Shown: one piece after another, positions 63,679 through 64,000 of the stretch
How positions within the stretch are numbered: position 1 is the first letter of the stretch
How the letters are laid out: every line of letters starts with the position of its first letter
Source: Eubacteriales bacterium
GTDB taxonomy: Bacteria; Bacillota; Clostridia; Oscillospirales; CAG-272
Length of the DNA stretch: 64,000 nt
NCBI GenBank assembly: GCA_045126855.1
Contig: JBGVPG010000032.1
Span: 5,274 to 69,273 of the forward strand
Direction: 5' to 3'
Program-made: the position numbers and the translations under genes
The notes under the pieces: model-generated
What the model saw: the letters and a program-made list of their open reading frames with translations, nothing else
The model's database searches: none
What the model was told of the DNA's origin: nothing

Positions 63679-64000
63679 ATGAGAAATATTGCCATACTCG
63701 GCTTTGGCGTTGTTGGTGGCGGCGTTGCGGAGCTTCTTACGAAAAACTCTGCCGAAACCCTTCGCCTCGGTGGTGACAAAATCAATATCAAATATATTCT
63801 CGACCTGAGAGATTTTCCCGGCTCGCCGTTTGAAGATCTGGTGGTACACGATTACGACCTCATTCTCTCCGATCCCGAGGTGGATACGGTGATCGAGGTT
63901 ATGGGTGGTTCTCACCCTGCATACGAGTACACCATGGCTGCTCTCGGCGCAGGCAAGAACGTCATCACCTCCAACAAGGAGGTCGTGGCAAACTTTGGCG
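63679..64000 (+). CDS. hom: Homoserine dehydrogenase (partial, continues beyond the window)
   Basis: MRNIAILGFGVVGGGVAELL (NAD-binding GxGxxG) ...TVIEVMGG...GKNVITSNKE. Open to the window end, so it is absent from the ORF track. Confidence 0.85.
   Translation, partial: MRNIAILGFGVVGGGVAELLTKNSAETLRLGGDKINIKYILDLRDFPGSPFEDLVVHDYDLILSDPEVDTVIEVMGGSHPAYEYTMAALGAGKNVITSNKEVVANFG

Overview
This window reads as core chromosome of a spore-forming, Clostridia-class Firmicute. That is an inference from the gpr spore protease, a SigH-like sigma factor, lipobox lipoproteins, TTGACA-17-TATAAT promoters and the housekeeping set rlmB, obg, der, cysS, ftsK, rplM-rpsI, upp, dut, nrdG, uvrA, uvrB, yebC, argS and hom. 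I call about 50 protein genes, one tRNA-Arg(CCG), about a dozen intrinsic terminators and several near-consensus sigma-A promoters. I see no transposase, integrase, CRISPR array, restriction gene or other recognisable defence gene. An accessory-looking stretch runs from about 21.3 to 29.1 kb. It holds an AT-rich two-gene cassette, a hydrolase, paralogous lipoproteins around a membrane XRE regulator, and a translationally coupled GNAT/MazG-like/P-loop kinase/NUDIX operon. The most unusual content is non-coding. (1) Two arrays of 21-23 nt units, each a variable but always self-complementary mini-hairpin next to a constant ATATCACT 8-mer (21343..21525 and 54972..55076); the same 8-mer forms a terminator loop at 37551. 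(2) A 131-bp structured repeat pair with compensatory changes and GCAA tetraloops, flanking the AT-rich cassette. (3) A 50-bp GTTTGCGACCGAAGGCGTAG... element present twice, once nested between 56-bp direct repeats. (4) A tRNA-Arg(CCG) gene whose leader carries a second tRNA-like copy, interrupted exactly after the anticodon by 92 structured nucleotides. Protein-level oddities are a membrane-anchored 1069-aa protein ending in a ribosomal uL15-like domain, an FtsK with a roughly 650-aa Pro/Glu-rich linker, a DUF1846/membrane/membrane/M20-peptidase operon, a cytidylate-kinase-like protein with a ParB/Srx-like tail, and a cluster of BspA-type LRR lipoproteins. All functional assignments come from motif recognition by eye; no database search was run.
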